Positions 61,886-64,000 of a stretch of DNA of 64,000 bases are shown here, piece by piece. This DNA is from Sphingobacteriaceae bacterium (GTDB lineage Bacteria; Bacteroidota; Bacteroidia; UBA7662). Each line of letters begins with the position of its first letter. The stretch's first letter is position 1. The notes beneath the pieces were generated by a model, which had not been told where the DNA came from, did no database searches, and saw nothing but the letters and a program-made list of their open reading frames with translations. A program made the position numbers and the translations under genes. Location of the stretch: assembly GCA_013824115.1 (NCBI GenBank), contig PNNG01000035.1, positions 16,568 to 80,567 of the forward strand, given 5' to 3'.

Positions 61886-63133
61886 TCAGCCTGCAAGCAA
61901 GCGGCTCATCTCCTGCGCAACGCTGCTGGTTGCGCCCGATTGGGTGGCAAACCACCGTGCGGCTTTGTTCTTTAATTGCTGCCGGGTGTTTGGGTCGAGC
62001 CATGCTTCCAAGGCCGAAAGCAGTTGCTCGGGCTGTTCTACTTGTTGGGCCAAGCCCTCCGATAAAAGCGACTGTGCTTCTAAAAATTTCTGATTTTTAG
62101 GGCCAAAGCAAATGGGAATGCCATAAACGGCAGCTTCGAGGGTGTTGTGGATGCCTTTGCCAAAACCGCCTCCCACGTATGCAAAATGGCCATATCGATA
62201 GGCTTTGCTCAATAGGCCCATGGTGTTGAGTATCATGACTTTGGCGTTTGCTGCTTCTTTTGCCTTCGCAGCGCTGTAAAGCACACTGCTTTTGCCAAAG
62301 CGGTCGAGCAATTCGGTGCTTCTTTTGGCATTCACCTCGTGAGGTGCAATGAGCAATTTCACTTCTGACAGAGATGGCGATTTTAAGGCTTTGTCAATTA
62401 AAATTTCGTCGGCCAGCCAGGTGGAACCCGCTACCAAAACCAAGCTGTTGCGGGTAAATGCTTCGAGCATGGGATCCATCCACGTTTCTGCCGCCAGTTC
62501 GAGCACCCTATCGGCGCGGGTATCGCCACAAATGGTGGTGTTTTGGTATCCCAAGCCGCCTAACAGCGCTGCCGATTGGGCGTCTTGTACAAAAAAATGA
62601 GTGACACAATCGAGCATTTTGCCCCAAAACTTCCGGGTGAGCGGCTGAAAAAAAGGCTGACTGGGCCTGAAGGGGGCCGAAACCAAAAGCAACGGAATAT
62701 TTCTCGATTTCAAGCCTCGGAAATGATGGTACCAAAACTCGTATTTGATAAAAACGGCAATCGATGGTTTGCAGGACTCCAGCCAAGTAGAAACTGCTTC
62801 GGGCCGGTCTTCTGGCAAATAGCAGATCAGGTCGGCACCAGCATAGTTCTTGCGCAGTTCGTAGCCCGATGGAGAAAAGAAAGTGAGTACGATAAAATCT
62901 TTGGGATAGTAGCGCTTGTGGTGCTCTATGAGTGGACGACCTTGCTCAAATTCACCTGCCGATGCAGTATGAAACCAAACTACCCGCCTGTCGGCAGGGA
63001 TGGCGGCCACTGCAGCAGGCCAGGCTTTGCGCCCCGCTGCCCAGGCTTTGGCCCGTGGATTGCCCCACCAGGCGGCCAAACGTACCAGCTGGCCATACAG
63101 AGCTATGCCAAGCGTGTACAAGCTTTCCATCAA
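61886..63133 (-). CDS. waaA: 3-deoxy-D-manno-octulosonic acid (Kdo) transferase
   Basis: WFHTASAGE, TFFSPSG, KYEFW, GDTR, AGST, HNTLE. Confidence 0.92.
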   Translation of the reverse strand: MMESLYTLGIALYGQLVRLAAWWGNPRAKAWAAGRKAWPAAVAAIPADRRVVWFHTASAGEFEQGRPLIEHHKRYYPKDFIVLTFFSPSGYELRKNYAGADLICYLPEDRPEAVSTWLESCKPSIAVFIKYEFWYHHFRGLKSRNIPLLLVSAPFRPSQPFFQPLTRKFWGKMLDCVTHFFVQDAQSAALLGGLGYQNTTICGDTRADRVLELAAETWMDPMLEAFTRNSLVLVAGSTWLADEILIDKALKSPSLSEVKLLIAPHEVNAKRSTELLDRFGKSSVLYSAAKAKEAANAKVMILNTMGLLSKAYRYGHFAYVGGGFGKGIHNTLEAAVYGIPICFGPKNQKFLEAQSLLSEGLAQQVEQPEQLLSALEAWLDPNTRQQLKNKAARWFATQSGATSSVAQEMSRLLAG

Positions 63134-63879
63134 TAAAAGAGCATCGCTTTTTCGTCGCGTTTGTACAAAGGCAAAATCCAGCCAGCCTTGAGGCCCAACA
63201 ACAAATCTTGCCGCTGACGGGTGTCGGGCATTTGGGTGTCGAAATTTACCGTACGCCTGTTTTGGGTGAGCCCATAATGAAAATCAACGCCTACATAAAA
63301 GTTGATCAAGCGGTTGTCGCTCAAGTGCTGGTAACCGATAAACGGATTAAAGCTCATGCCGTTGCTCAGCCGATCGTAGCCCATTTTGTATTCGGTAGAT
63401 ATTTGCGGGCTGTTGCCACGGGGTGTTTCTATCCAAATTTTGTGTTGCAGCAAACCGTAGCCCAATTGCACTAACAAACCACTGTTGGGGTTGGGACCTA
63501 CCACCGGAATTACTTTTCCTACCCTACCGTACAGGGCCCATCCGAATTGTCGCAGGCGGTAATCCTCAAAAACGCCAGCTTCGGTAATGATATCGCCCGA
63601 TGGGGTGCTGATGTTGCGCATGATATTGTCTTCGCGCACGGTGGCTCCAAAAACATGTCCGCCACTCACACTAAACTGCCAATTCGATTTGCTCTTCCAG
63701 GCGATGTCTAAACCAACGATGGCCCCCGGGCCAAAGCGGTCTTTCATATCGCCTCCCGGTAAATACATGCCAATGTTGGGTTTCACCAGCACCAGCGATA
63801 GTTCATCGCGTGCCGGATTTTGCTGCGCCCAGCTGCTGGCGGTGAGAAGCAAAAAGAAAAGGAGGTAGCGGTTTTTCAT
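63130..63879 (-). CDS. Hypothetical outer-membrane beta-barrel protein
   Basis: Signal peptide; LQHKI and GYDRLSNG; amphipathic strands; TAATTTTG box at 63887-63894. Confidence 0.7.
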   Translation of the reverse strand: MKNRYLLFFLLLTASSWAQQNPARDELSLVLVKPNIGMYLPGGDMKDRFGPGAIVGLDIAWKSKSNWQFSVSGGHVFGATVREDNIMRNISTPSGDIITEAGVFEDYRLRQFGWALYGRVGKVIPVVGPNPNSGLLVQLGYGLLQHKIWIETPRGNSPQISTEYKMGYDRLSNGMSFNPFIGYQHLSDNRLINFYVGVDFHYGLTQNRRTVNFDTQMPDTRQRQDLLLGLKAGWILPLYKRDEKAMLFY

Positions 63880-63891
63880 CCAAGGTCAAAA

Positions 63892-64000
63892 TTACGCATT
63901 GTTGTTGTCACCTGCCACGGGTAATTGAATGCGGAAGGTGGTGCCTTTGCCGGGCTCCGACCATCGAACGAAAATTTTACCCCGGTGGTATTTTTCGACG
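63892..64000 (-). CDS. Sensor histidine kinase, C-terminal HATPase end (partial; not in the ORF track)
   Basis: Manual translation gives VEKYHRGKIFVRWSEPGKGTTFRIQLPVAGDNNNA*. Confidence 0.8.
   Translation of the reverse strand, partial: VEKYHRGKIFVRWSEPGKGTTFRIQLPVAGDNNNA

Overview
Chromosomal segment of an aerobic Bacteroidota. The assignment rests on the T9SS translocon sprA, two T9SS-type cargo proteins, Bacteroidota TAnnTTTG -7 promoter boxes and GC of roughly 50% by eye. Most genes are housekeeping or metabolic: guaB, pheS, thiL, gltX, fumC, sucAB, gcvH, trhO, waaA, two TonB genes, a SulP plus beta-carbonic anhydrase pair, and a four-gene Na+-pumping acyl-CoA decarboxylase operon. Three small AT-richer two-gene modules sit between core genes: an MNT-HEPN pair with a frameshifted toxin, mobile mystery proteins A/B, and AbiEi/AbiEii. 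There is also a cluster of lipoprotein genes. No rRNA, tRNA, CRISPR array, transposase or integrase was recognised. Best leads: (1) two exported-type upstream ORFs ending in PPP, one in front of SulP-CA and one in front of a HAEPLYID protein; the second has a terminator hairpin placed where a stalled ribosome would mask it, suggesting arrest-peptide attenuation; (2) a nested, covarying hairpin repeat array before the AbiE module; (3) three phased 18-bp palindromic operators over the mobile mystery promoter; (4) a possible ~60-kb inversion separating sprA from gcvH-vanZ-tonB. All family calls come from motif recognition; no database search was run.
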